A DNA stretch of 64,000 nucleotides from an uncultured Ruminococcus sp. (GTDB taxonomy: Bacteria; Bacillota; Clostridia; Oscillospirales; Ruminococcaceae). A model generated the notes under the pieces. It made no database searches, was not told the origin of the DNA, and saw nothing but the letters and a program-made list of their open reading frames with translations. The stretch's first letter is position 1. Each line of letters opens with the position of its first letter. Positions 17,748 through 27,303 of this stretch are shown here, piece by piece. Made by a program: the position numbers and the translations under genes. Location of the stretch: the NCBI RefSeq assembly GCF_934476685.1, contig NZ_CAKSNX010000005.1, forward strand, positions 23,116 through 87,115, in the 5' to 3' direction.

Positions 17748-19823
17748 ATGAAAAAATATCTTGACATATCCCTCTCAGCGCAGGAAAGAGCCGAGGCTCT
17801 TGTAAGCGAAATGACTATCGAGGAAGCCGCCTCACAGCTGAGATATGACGCACCGGCTGTCGAGCGTCTTTCCATTCCCGCATATAACTGGTGGAACGAG
17901 GGCATACACGGACTTGCCCGCAGCGGAACAGCCACAATGTTCCCGCAGGCTATCGGTCTTGCCGCAATGTTCGACACCGACCTTGTAAACAAAGCCGCAG
18001 AAGTCACCTCCACCGAGGCGAGAGCAAAATACAACGAGTATTCAAAGCGTGGCGACAGGGATATATACAAAGGCCTTACCCTATGGGCGCCAAATATAAA
18101 TATCTTCCGTGACCCACGCTGGGGCAGAGGTCATGAAACCTACGGCGAAGACCCCTACCTTACCTCAGAGTGCGGAAAAGCCTATGTAAAAGGACTTCAA
18201 GGCACATCATCGACCCTGAGAACAGCCGCCTGCGCAAAGCATTTTGCTGTACACAGCGGCCCCGAATCCCTCCGCCATGAGTTCAACGCCGAGGCAAGTC
18301 CCAAAGATCTGGAAGAAACCTACCTCTATGCCTTTGAAGAGCTTGTGAAGAACGCAAAGGTCGAAAGCGTTATGGGCGCATACAACCGTGTGAACGGCGA
18401 ACCCTCCTGCGCAAGCGAGTTTCTTATGAAAAAGCTGAAAGAGTGGGATTTTGACGGCTATTTCGTTTCCGACTGCTGGGCGATAAGGGATTTCCACGAG
18501 CATCATATGGTGACCTCCTCCCCCGTCGAGTCGGCGGCAATGGCGCTCAAAGCAGGCTGCGATGTGAACTGCGGCTGTACATATGTCCACCTGCTTTCCG
18601 CACTGGAAAAAGGTCTTGTGACCGAAGATGATATCCGCCGTGCCTGCGTTCATCTTATGCGAACACGCATAAGACTGGGTATGTTCGATAAGTCCACCGA
18701 GTATGACGCTGTCCCCTATACCGAGGTCTGCGCCCCACAAAATAAAGCGCTTTCCCTCGCCTGTGCGGAAAGGTCAATGGTCCTGCTCCAGAACAACGGC
18801 ATTCTCCCCCTCAACGAGAACAGCATAAAGACCCTCGCCGTCATAGGACCGAATGCAGACAGCCGAGCCGCCCTAGAGGGCAACTATAACGGCACAGCCG
18901 ACAGATATGTGACCTTCCTCGAAGGTATCGAGGACAGATTTAAGGGACGTGTCCTCTACGCAGAAGGCTGTCACCTCTACAAAGACAGAGTTTCGGGACT
19001 TGCGCAGGCAGGCGACCGCTATGCCGAAGCCGAAGCAGCCGCCGCAAACTCCGACGCAGTTATCCTCTGCGTGGGACTTGACGCAACTATCGAGGGCGAA
19101 GAGGGCGACACAGGCAACGAGTTTTCGTCGGGAGATAAAAACGGACTTCTTCTCCCCGAAAGCCAGCGCACCCTTATAAAGCGTGTAATGGCAGTGGGCA
19201 AACCTGTTGTCATAGTCTGCGCCGCAGGAAGTTCGATCAATACCGAATGTACCCCCGATGCACTCCTCCATGTGTGGTATGCAGGTGCAGAGGGCGGAAA
19301 GGCTCTTGCGGAAATACTTTTCGGCGATATCTCCCCCTCTGGCAAGCTCCCCGTTACATTCTATGAGAATACCGACCTTCTCCCCGACTTCACCGACTAT
19401 TCAATGAAAGACCGAACCTACCGATACACAGACCGCAATATCCTCTACCCATTCGGCTACGGTCTGACCTACGGCGCAGTCAAGGTCACAGATATCTCAT
19501 TCGCAAATGACAAGTTCTCCGTCACAGTCCATAACAGCGGCTCAGCCACCGAGGACGTTGTACAGCTGTACATAACGGATAATACCGAAAACTCCACACC
19601 GTTCCCAAGCCTCTGCGGTTTTAAACGTATCACCCTAGGCGAAAATGAGGAGCAGACCGTTGAAATACCTATCTCCCCGAAAGCCTTTACCTCCGTTTCC
19701 GAAACAGGTGAGCGCCGCAGATACAGCAGTGAATTTACCGTCTATGCCTCAACTCACCAGCCCGACCCCATCAGCTGTAAACTCAGCGGCTCAGATTTCG
19801 TTCAGCTGAATATCAAAATATAG
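17748..19823 (+). CDS. GH3 beta-glucosidase / beta-xylosidase
   Basis: GH3 motifs RDPRWGRGHETYGEDP, KHFAVHSGPE and VSDCWA (nucleophile Asp), plus a C-terminal fibronectin-like domain. Confidence 0.85.
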   Translation: MKKYLDISLSAQERAEALVSEMTIEEAASQLRYDAPAVERLSIPAYNWWNEGIHGLARSGTATMFPQAIGLAAMFDTDLVNKAAEVTSTEARAKYNEYSKRGDRDIYKGLTLWAPNINIFRDPRWGRGHETYGEDPYLTSECGKAYVKGLQGTSSTLRTAACAKHFAVHSGPESLRHEFNAEASPKDLEETYLYAFEELVKNAKVESVMGAYNRVNGEPSCASEFLMKKLKEWDFDGYFVSDCWAIRDFHEHHMVTSSPVESAAMALKAGCDVNCGCTYVHLLSALEKGLVTEDDIRRACVHLMRTRIRLGMFDKSTEYDAVPYTEVCAPQNKALSLACAERSMVLLQNNGILPLNENSIKTLAVIGPNADSRAALEGNYNGTADRYVTFLEGIEDRFKGRVLYAEGCHLYKDRVSGLAQAGDRYAEAEAAAANSDAVILCVGLDATIEGEEGDTGNEFSSGDKNGLLLPESQRTLIKRVMAVGKPVVIVCAAGSSINTECTPDALLHVWYAGAEGGKALAEILFGDISPSGKLPVTFYENTDLLPDFTDYSMKDRTYRYTDRNILYPFGYGLTYGAVKVTDISFANDKFSVTVHNSGSATEDVVQLYITDNTENSTPFPSLCGFKRITLGENEEQTVEIPISPKAFTSVSETGERRRYSSEFTVYASTHQPDPISCKLSGSDFVQLNIKI

Positions 19824-19841
19824 TACAGCGTACATCAACAC

Positions 19842-19880
19842 ACAAAGACCGCCTGCACACTCCATGCAGACGGTCTTTGT
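19842..19880. terminator. Bidirectional terminator hairpin between convergent genes
   Basis: Stem acaaagaccgcctgca/tgcagacggtctttgt. Confidence 0.65.
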
Positions 19881-19901
19881 TATATTCGCTTATTTTATCC
19901 T

Positions 19902-20762
19902 TTAATTTTCCTGCGAGCTTTCCGTGTCCGTATCCACAGCACTTTCCGCCGGAACTACGCTCGCCGTAAAGAACTCATCGTTCCTGTTCTCGCCGTAGGT
20001 GGACATATACACCTTGTCGAAAGTTATCTTTGACTTCGGCGTAAGATTTTCCGAGTTCACAACGTCCGCCGAGCATATCTCGTCATAAACGTCATAGCCG
20101 TCATATATCTGTCCGAAAATAGTGTACTGCTGAGCAAAATTTGGTATTCCGCCCTTTTCCTTAAAGGTTTCCACCAGCTCGTCATTTCCCCCTGCGGAAT
20201 CAAGTTCCTCCACAAATTCGTCCGTAAATTCCACAGTGTCCACGAAAAGCATTCTGCTTCCCGACATGACCTTCTGATTGAACACCGTTCCGCCCTTGTC
20301 GCCGTATGAGATGAGCGCACCTCTGAACGGCCAAAGGTCAGGCGTTATCTCAGGGTCGATAGTTTCCTTGTTTGTGTCGTCCGTGTCCGTTCCGTTCTCC
20401 GATTTCGAGCCGCCCATAAAGTAAACTCCGTCCTGCACAGCGAACACATATGTGCCGTCATAATATCCCGAATCCACAAGTTCTCTGAAATACTTTGCAG
20501 TTTTCGGCGCTTCGTCCTCGTAAATGACCGCCTTGAACGTTCCCTTTGAAGTTTCAAACACCGCTACCGCCGCATCGTCCGACGGCAGATCATACTGTAT
20601 AACCTTAACGTCCTCAGAATTTAGCTTTGCGGAATTTGACCTGCCTTGACAAGCGTAGAACAGCGCAAATACAAGAACAAAACATACAGCTATCATCGAA
20701 AACTGAAAATATGTGCGGAAACGCTTTCCCTTGTTCCTGTCGATATAATTCGTTTCTTTCAT
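19902..20762 (-). CDS. Membrane-anchored cyclophilin-type peptidyl-prolyl isomerase
   Basis: An N-terminal TM segment, then the cyclophilin pattern F.AVIYEDEAPKTAKYFRELV..GYYDG..F..V..G...MGG. Confidence 0.75.
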   Translation of the reverse strand: MKETNYIDRNKGKRFRTYFQFSMIAVCFVLVFALFYACQGRSNSAKLNSEDVKVIQYDLPSDDAAVAVFETSKGTFKAVIYEDEAPKTAKYFRELVDSGYYDGTYVFAVQDGVYFMGGSKSENGTDTDDTNKETIDPEITPDLWPFRGALISYGDKGGTVFNQKVMSGSRMLFVDTVEFTDEFVEELDSAGGNDELVETFKEKGGIPNFAQQYTIFGQIYDGYDVYDEICSADVVNSENLTPKSKITFDKVYMSTYGENRNDEFFTASVVPAESAVDTDTESSQEN

Positions 20763-20836
20763 TTTTACTATCTTTTTCCTCTCTATTGCAACAAAGCTGT
20801 ATTTATAACAAAGCTGTATTTACAGCAAAGTTATGT

Positions 20837-22258
20837 TTATAACTTTGTTATCTCCGTACCCTGTCTTGTTTCCTTTACGGAATATCCGAGAGCAGCTATC
20901 TCGTCACGCAGTCTGTCTGCCTCAGCGAAATCCTTTGCCTTTCTTGCCGCCTGTCTTTTCTCCACCAGAGCCGTTACCTCCGCAGGGATATCCGCCGCAT
21001 TCTTCTCTTCCTCCGCCGCAAGCGCCTCAGCCGACTTCACAAGATCAAGTGAAAGCACCCTGTCGAAATCATTGATGAGCGCAAGCTTAGTTGCCGCATT
21101 GACATCAGCCTTCAGCACGTCATAAAGAGCAGTTATAGCATTTGAAGTGTTTATATCCTCGTCCATAGCCGCAGTGAAAAGACCTTTCAGCCTGTCGAAC
21201 TCAGCCTGCTCAACTTCGCCCTTGTCAGCCGCCTTTACAAGCTGCGCTACCCTTGCCACAAGCTTGTCATAAGCCGTCTTTGCGTTGTCGAGATTTTCAT
21301 ATGTGAATACGAGCGACTTTCTGTAATGTGACTGCAAGCAGAAAAATCTGTAAACCAGCGGAGCATAATTCTTGCTCTCCAGCAGTGAGACCGTAAGGAA
21401 CTCGCCCTTTGACTTCGACATCTTTCCGCTGTTGGTGTTAAGATGATGAACGTGGAACCAGTAGTTGCACCACTTGTGTCCGAGGTAAGCCTCCGACTGC
21501 GCAATCTCGTTGGTGTGGTGCGGGAAAATGTTGTCCACACCGCCGCAGTGTATGTCAAGATACTCGCCGAGGTTCTTCATCGAAATGCATGAGCATTCAA
21601 TGTGCCAGCCCGGATAACCCACGCCCCAAGGCGACTCCCATTTAAGCTCCTGCGAATCAAACTTCGATTTTGTGAACCACAGTACAAAGTCCGCCTTGTT
21701 CCTCTTGTTTGAGTCCTCCTCAACGCCCTCACGAACGCCGACTTCAAGGTCCTCTTCATTGAAGTTGTGGAAAACATAGTAGTCCTCCAGTTTTGAAGTG
21801 TCGAAATAAATGTTTCCGCCTGCCTCATAAGCGTATCCCTTTTCGATAAGCGCAGAAATGACCTTGATGAAATCGTCTATGCACTCCGTCGCAGGCGCAA
21901 CCACGTCAGGACGCTTGATGTTGAGCTTTCTGCAGTCCTCAAAGAAAGCGTCAGTGTAGAACTTTGCTATCTCCATGACCGTCTTATGCTCACGCTTTGC
22001 ACCCTTTAACATCTTGTCGTCGCCCGTGTCGCCGTCGGAAGTAAGGTGTCCTACGTCCGTGATGTTCATTACTCTCTTCACATCATATCCCACATATCGG
22101 AGGTACTTTTCAAGCACGTCCTCCATTATATAACTTCTGAGGTTTCCGATGTGTGCAAAGTGATATACCGTCGGACCGCAGGTGTACATTGCCACCTTGC
22201 CCGCCTCGTTCGGCACAAATTCCTCGACCTTATGTGTGAGCGTATTGTAAATGTTCAT
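20837..22258 (-). CDS. cysS: Cysteine--tRNA ligase
   Basis: HIGN and KMSKS class-I motifs. Full-length similarity to the CysS pattern. Confidence 0.95.
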   Translation of the reverse strand: MNIYNTLTHKVEEFVPNEAGKVAMYTCGPTVYHFAHIGNLRSYIMEDVLEKYLRYVGYDVKRVMNITDVGHLTSDGDTGDDKMLKGAKREHKTVMEIAKFYTDAFFEDCRKLNIKRPDVVAPATECIDDFIKVISALIEKGYAYEAGGNIYFDTSKLEDYYVFHNFNEEDLEVGVREGVEEDSNKRNKADFVLWFTKSKFDSQELKWESPWGVGYPGWHIECSCISMKNLGEYLDIHCGGVDNIFPHHTNEIAQSEAYLGHKWCNYWFHVHHLNTNSGKMSKSKGEFLTVSLLESKNYAPLVYRFFCLQSHYRKSLVFTYENLDNAKTAYDKLVARVAQLVKAADKGEVEQAEFDRLKGLFTAAMDEDINTSNAITALYDVLKADVNAATKLALINDFDRVLSLDLVKSAEALAAEEEKNAADIPAEVTALVEKRQAARKAKDFAEADRLRDEIAALGYSVKETRQGTEITKL

Positions 22259-22283
22259 AGCTTTTTACCTCTTCTTTTTAAGT

Positions 22284-22973
22284 TTATTCCTCTGTATTTT
22301 CAACGTCTTGCAGTGGTTCGGGATCTGTCAGGCTCTCCAGCTTTTCCAGCTCCTCCACCCTCTTCTCCAGCTTTTCCAGCTTCATTCTCGTCTGGCAAAG
22401 CTCCTGCGCCACAGGGTCGGGTATGTGTATCTGATCCAGATCACAGGTGCGCTTTCCGTTCTGCTTGACTATCCTTGCAGGAACGCCTACCGCCGTTGAG
22501 TTCGCAGGCACAGGCTCAAGCACCACAGCGTTCGCCGCTATCTTTGCGTTGTCCCCTACCGTAAACGGACCCAGTACCTTTGCGCCGCAGCCGACCATAA
22601 CGTTGTTTCCGAGGGTAGGGTGTCTTTTGCCCTGATCCTTGCCCGTTCCGCCCAGCGTACAGCCCTGATACAGCAGACAGTAATCGCCTATCTCCGCAGT
22701 TTCTCCGATAACTACTCCCGAACCGTGGTCGATAAGCAGTCCCTTGCCTATCTTTGCGCCCGGGTGTATCTCTATGCCCGTAAGCATTCTTGCGAACTGA
22801 GATATGACTCTTGCGATGACCTTGTGATTTTTGGTGTAGAACCAGTGTGATACCCTGTAAAATGCCACAGCGTGAAGTCCCGAATATGTCAGTATCTCCA
22901 GTACGCTCGTCGCCGCAGGATCTCTGTCCTTTATTGTCTGTATATCATGCTTGATGTTTTCGATCAGATTCAT
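22284..22973 (-). CDS. cysE: Serine O-acetyltransferase
   Basis: Hexapeptide-repeat core IHPGAKIGKGLLIDHGSGVVIGETAEIG. A short coiled-coil C-terminal tail is present. Confidence 0.85.
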   Translation of the reverse strand: MNLIENIKHDIQTIKDRDPAATSVLEILTYSGLHAVAFYRVSHWFYTKNHKVIARVISQFARMLTGIEIHPGAKIGKGLLIDHGSGVVIGETAEIGDYCLLYQGCTLGGTGKDQGKRHPTLGNNVMVGCGAKVLGPFTVGDNAKIAANAVVLEPVPANSTAVGVPARIVKQNGKRTCDLDQIHIPDPVAQELCQTRMKLEKLEKRVEELEKLESLTDPEPLQDVENTEE

Positions 22974-24117
22974 TATCTGCCGTCCCCTTTCCGTTAATTA
23001 CGTTTCTCAGCCGACCGAAGTAAGGTATTACCACCCTGTCGTTGAGCAGCTTAAAAGGCTTGAATAAAATGTATTGTCTTGCCATGTCGATAGCCGTCCC
23101 CACAAGGAACACCGCCAGCACAAAGCCGATGCAGTAGGGTATGAATGACTTATCCCCCACCCGTTCGACCGCCGTGGAGATATCCTCCCACAGTATCCGC
23201 CGCACATATTCGTTGTCGTGAAAAAGATATACCCCGAAAACGCATGAGGCTATCATATTCACCGCAGGCTTATAGCTTATCTCGATATTTGCGAATATCA
23301 TGAACATCGCCACCGACCACAGCACTATGAAAAAATTGTTCTGCTCGAATGAAAAATTCTCCAGCTCATAGTGAAGTCCCATATATGCCCCGATAAATCC
23401 CCCTGCCGCCGCAGTAAACAGCACAGGCATACTTCTGAGTATCTTGTGCGGGTAGTGCCGCAGATACCCTCCGATAAGGTACATCGTGATAAACCTGAAC
23501 ACCGCTCCGCCGCCGCTCTCCCCGATAACAGGGTCGTTCCAGTTGTGGAACACTATCGGGAACTGCACCGACATGAACAGCATGAACCCTATCAGTCCCA
23601 GCAGCTTTTTCTCCGAGAAATTCTCAAAAATAAGATTTATCGCTCCCGAAAAAACATACAGGCATATGTATGTAACGCTGAACCAGTTCGCCCCCCTCAT
23701 AAAAGGGAAAAATACCGAGCCTGTTTCAAAGAACTCCTCGTCAAGCTCTCCCCTCTGATCCAGTATCACCTCCGTCACAAATGTGTAAAACCACATCTCC
23801 GCCAGCAGCCGCAGCACCTTCCTCACCGAAAACGTGCTTTTCACCGACATAAAATATCCCGTTATGAGCAGAAAGAGGTTCACCCCTACCTTTCCGCCTA
23901 TGGTCATTATCTGCTTCGCATAAAGATTTATCTGCGAAAACTTCTCATCATCGAACTCCGTGTGATACGCCAGATGATGAAAAATTATCATCACCATAGC
24001 GATTATCCTCAGCAGCTCGAAATTCGATCGTCTTTTGCTCTGTTCTATTTGGTTTTTTATCCTATCTCGCTTTTCTGTATCTATTATCTTTCCGATAGAT
24101 CCGGTCATTAATGTCAT
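22945..24117 (-). CDS. Acyltransferase family 3 membrane protein
   Basis: About 10 predicted TM segments. N-terminal FELLRIIAMVMIIFHHL is typical of acyltransferase_3 proteins. Confidence 0.7.
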   Translation of the reverse strand: MTLMTGSIGKIIDTEKRDRIKNQIEQSKRRSNFELLRIIAMVMIIFHHLAYHTEFDDEKFSQINLYAKQIMTIGGKVGVNLFLLITGYFMSVKSTFSVRKVLRLLAEMWFYTFVTEVILDQRGELDEEFFETGSVFFPFMRGANWFSVTYICLYVFSGAINLIFENFSEKKLLGLIGFMLFMSVQFPIVFHNWNDPVIGESGGGAVFRFITMYLIGGYLRHYPHKILRSMPVLFTAAAGGFIGAYMGLHYELENFSFEQNNFFIVLWSVAMFMIFANIEISYKPAVNMIASCVFGVYLFHDNEYVRRILWEDISTAVERVGDKSFIPYCIGFVLAVFLVGTAIDMARQYILFKPFKLLNDRVVIPYFGRLRNVINGKGTADNESDRKHQA

Positions 24118-24156
24118 CTCGTTTTATCCGCCAAATTTTTTTGCAGCACCGCCGGC

Positions 24157-24400
24157 AAAATAAAAGCTGCCTCCCATGCCAAAGCATTCAGGAGGCAGCT
24201 TCGCTGCGGTTCCACTCCGATCTTCCGTGCAGACCTCTCCGTCCGCATCGGCTCTGTATCTTTAACGCAGATCTGCGGGGAGGAATACTGAGCCTTTGAC
24301 CGTTCCTCTCTCCCTGCTGTCAGCCGCACTTCACACAAAATCCTTAAAGCCTCGCACCAAACGGCTTCTCTCTGAAAATTACATCTGCGCTACTTTTGCT
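24157..24400 (-). promoter_or_regulatory. T-box leader with Cys (UGC) specifier
   Basis: The minus strand shows AGAGA, GGUGCGAG, GAAG-UGC-GG (UGC at 24328-24326), the T-box sequence GGAGUGGAACCGCAGCG, and terminator gctgcctcc...ggaggcagc + UUUUAUUUU (24157-24200). Confidence 0.75.
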
Positions 24401-24460
24401 GATACGCATTTATATATCTATTGTATTATGTTTATATTATATGAAAATACCGCCCGTGGG

Positions 24461-25039
24461 TTACTTGCTTGAATCAATATACTTCCAGTAAGCCTTCAGA
24501 TAAATTCCGCCCGATATCACCGTCAGCACAACAGCCACCCATATGAGTACCTCGTTGATTATGAACATCGGCGAACCCCATGTAAGGTCAGGGCTTCCCT
24601 TTTCGCCTGGGAAGAATATCTGCAAAGCCATTATGGCAATAAGTGCGACCATAGTGAAAGCCGTCTTTAGCTTTCCCCATATTCCTGCCGCCACAACAAC
24701 GCCTTCGCCTGCTACCACAAGCCTTAGTCCCGTCACCATAAACTCTCTCGCAAGTATTATTATTACCGCCACAGGGTCTATCCAACGCTCAAAAGCAAAG
24801 CATATCAGCGCCGTCATTACCAGCAGCTTGTCTGCCAGAGGGTCAAGGAACTTTCCGAAAGTCGTCACAAGGTTATTCTTTCTCGCTATCTTTCCGTCAA
24901 GAAAATCCGTTATAGATGCAATAGCAAATACCACCAGTGCCCATACCATATGATAAGGTATCTTGAACAGCAGTATGAACAGCATAAAGAACGGTATCAG
25001 AATAACACGCATCACAGTCAGTTTATTAGGTAAATTCAT
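24461..25039 (-). CDS. pgsA: CDP-diacylglycerol--glycerol-3-phosphate 3-phosphatidyltransferase
   Basis: CDP-alcohol phosphatidyltransferase motif DFLDGKIAR...GKFLDPLADK. Confidence 0.85.
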   Translation of the reverse strand: MNLPNKLTVMRVILIPFFMLFILLFKIPYHMVWALVVFAIASITDFLDGKIARKNNLVTTFGKFLDPLADKLLVMTALICFAFERWIDPVAVIIILAREFMVTGLRLVVAGEGVVVAAGIWGKLKTAFTMVALIAIMALQIFFPGEKGSPDLTWGSPMFIINEVLIWVAVVLTVISGGIYLKAYWKYIDSSK

Positions 25040-25057
25040 CTTACTTTTCCTCCGCAG

Positions 25058-26389
25058 TTAATCTACTCTCGAACCGATAAGGTCATAATCAAGTGTGTCA
25101 TCAACAAGCACCTTGACATATTCGCCCGTTCTTAACTTCTTGTCGCTGTCGAAAAAGATCTTTCCGTCTATCTCAGGTGCGTCCGCTGCGCTTCTGCCGT
25201 AATAACATTCAGCGTATCTGTCAAATCCCTCGCAGACCACCTCAAAAGTCTTGCCCATGCATTTTTCATTGAGCCTGTCGGAAATTATCATCTGCTCTTC
25301 CATTATGATCTCCGCCCTGTGTTCTCTCGTCTTGAGATGTATCTGATCGGGCATATCATAAGCCTTTGTACCCTCCTCCGGTGAGAATGCAAAGCAGCCA
25401 AGTCTTTCAAACTGAATTTCCTTTACAAATTCGCAAAGCTCCTCAAACTGCTCCTCCGTTTCCCCTGGGAATCCCGCAATGAGAGTAGTTCTCAGTATAA
25501 CGTCCGGTATCTTCGCCCTTATCTTTGCGATAAGCTCCGTAAGATACTTTCTGTCGCCCTGCCTGTTCATCGCCTTCAGTATCTCGCCGTTGCAGTGCTG
25601 GATAGGCATATCCAGATACTTCACCAGCTTTTCCTCCGAAGCGATAGTATCTATAAGCTCGTCCGTTATCCTCTCAGGGTAACAGTAAAGCGTTCTTATC
25701 CACTTGAATCCGTCGATCTGACAAAGCTGTCTGAGCAGCTCCGGCAGCATGGACTTTCCGTAAATGTCCTCGCCGTATCGTGTTGTATCCTGCGCCACCA
25801 CAACAAGCTCCGTAACACCGTTTTCCGCAAGCCACCTGGCCTCCGAAACGATATCCTCCATCTTGCGGCTTCTGAACTTGCCTCTGATAGCAGGTATAGC
25901 GCAGTATGTGCAGCAGTTGGAGCAGCCCTCAGCTATCTTGATATAAGCGTAGAACGGCTCGGTAGAAATAATTCTTCCGCCCTCCATAGAAAGATCCGTC
26001 TTAGCACCGTAAGCGCAGACAGGCTTTCCGTCGCAGTATATCTGCCTTATGATATCCACCAGCTGATCGTTGGCACCAAGACCGATGACAGCGTCCAGCT
26101 CAGGTATCTCATTTTTCATTTCATCTCTGTAACGCTCAGCAAGACATCCCGTAGCGATAACAGCCTTTATCCTGCCCTCCTGTTTAAGGGTGCAGAATTC
26201 AAGAATGGTGTCGATAGCCTCCTGCTTAGCGGACTCAATAAAGCCGCAGGTGTTGACGATAACCACATCTGCCAGCGCAGCGTCCGAAACGATCTCAAAG
26301 CCTTCTTTTTTCAGGTTGAAGAGCATATGCTCAGCGTCCACCTGATTTTTCGGACATCCCAGCGATACCATTCCTACTCTTGTAGCCAT
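25058..26389 (-). CDS. rimO: Ribosomal protein S12 methylthiotransferase
   Basis: MTTase N-domain (VSLGCPKNQVD), a radical-SAM Cys cluster (CSNCCTYCAIP) and a TRAM C-terminus. Confidence 0.9.
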   Translation of the reverse strand: MATRVGMVSLGCPKNQVDAEHMLFNLKKEGFEIVSDAALADVVIVNTCGFIESAKQEAIDTILEFCTLKQEGRIKAVIATGCLAERYRDEMKNEIPELDAVIGLGANDQLVDIIRQIYCDGKPVCAYGAKTDLSMEGGRIISTEPFYAYIKIAEGCSNCCTYCAIPAIRGKFRSRKMEDIVSEARWLAENGVTELVVVAQDTTRYGEDIYGKSMLPELLRQLCQIDGFKWIRTLYCYPERITDELIDTIASEEKLVKYLDMPIQHCNGEILKAMNRQGDRKYLTELIAKIRAKIPDVILRTTLIAGFPGETEEQFEELCEFVKEIQFERLGCFAFSPEEGTKAYDMPDQIHLKTREHRAEIIMEEQMIISDRLNEKCMGKTFEVVCEGFDRYAECYYGRSAADAPEIDGKIFFDSDKKLRTGEYVKVLVDDTLDYDLIGSRVD

Positions 26390-26832
26390 ATAAAACTAAC
26401 TCCAATCAGACAATAAAAATTCAAATATCTTAATCCTAATTATTATCTCACTTTTCCCCCGATTTGTCAAGACCTTTCATAATATATTAAACTGACTTTT
26501 ATCAAATATCTAAAAAACAGCCGACCAAAGACTCTCCCCTTGTCATATCGACTATGAAACGTCAAAAAACGCCGTCCTCCCCGCAAAACGCAGCCAAATT
26601 GTCAAAAAATACACCTAAAGAGATCCCCCACACCTGCCCGTAAAACTCCCCCATTCCACCCTCACCACATTCCGCACATCAAAAAAGAGGCAGTCCAAAA
26701 CCACCTCTTTTACCGAGCAAATATAAAACTTATCCGAAACCTGCCATACCCTAAAGCCAGCCGCATTTCACACAATGCAAACCGCCCACCAAAACATCGA
26801 ACCGTGAAAAGCCGACCTAAAATTTTGCATTA

Positions 26833-27303
26833 CCCTACGGCCGCAAACATTGAGGGCAGTAGAAAGCCTTAACAAATTTTACATAAGCAAGCGACCGCAG
26901 GTCGCCCCTACGCAAACAATGAGATAAAAATTCACATTAGACCGCATCAAAGCGAAAAAAGCCGATATAAGGTCTTTACAAAGTGGTTTTCAGTAAAAGC
27001 GGGCGACCGCAGGTCGCCCCTACGGAAACATTGAGCCTTAAAAACCCAAAACAAGACCTAATCAAACCGAAAAGAACCAATACAAGACCTCATCAAATTT
27101 GGTTTTAGTAAAAGTTATATCTCAGTTTCTTCCGAGCGCAAATGAGAAGTTCGGACAGCAGACAGCGAGCTTGTCGAGTGTCCCGAATTACCCCGTCCGG
27201 GAGGACTCTTCCGAGCACGAAAGTAAAAGGCCCGACAGCAGACAGCGAGTTTACCGAGCGTCCCGAACCGAGCCGCCCGCCCGAGGGCGCCCGTCTGGGA
27301 AGA
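26833..27303 (-). repeat. Modular intergenic repeat, copy B (composite: one degenerate and two full REP-like hairpins plus a duplicated M1 body)
   Basis: Hairpins gcgaccgcaggtcgcccctac lie at 26891-26911 and 27001-27023, with a degenerate copy near 26833. The M1 tail is duplicated (27130-27205 and 27205-27300). The copy ends one base before the TAG stop of the SGNH gene. Confidence 0.85.

Noticed and set aside
23371-24111. Long antisense ORFs inside real genes. This one lies opposite the acyltransferase; others are 25595-26416, 45796-46575, 57292-57858, 18207-18740, 15054-15614 and 4389-5104
   Set aside because: Each lies opposite an ORF with strong family motifs. Their products are Arg/Ser/His/Pro-rich in the way antisense frames usually are, and none has an RBS.
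26833-27303. A CRISPR array, suggested by the recurring GC palindrome
   Set aside because: Only 2-3 hairpins occur per locus, spacing is irregular, the sequences between them are themselves conserved between loci, and no cas genes are present.
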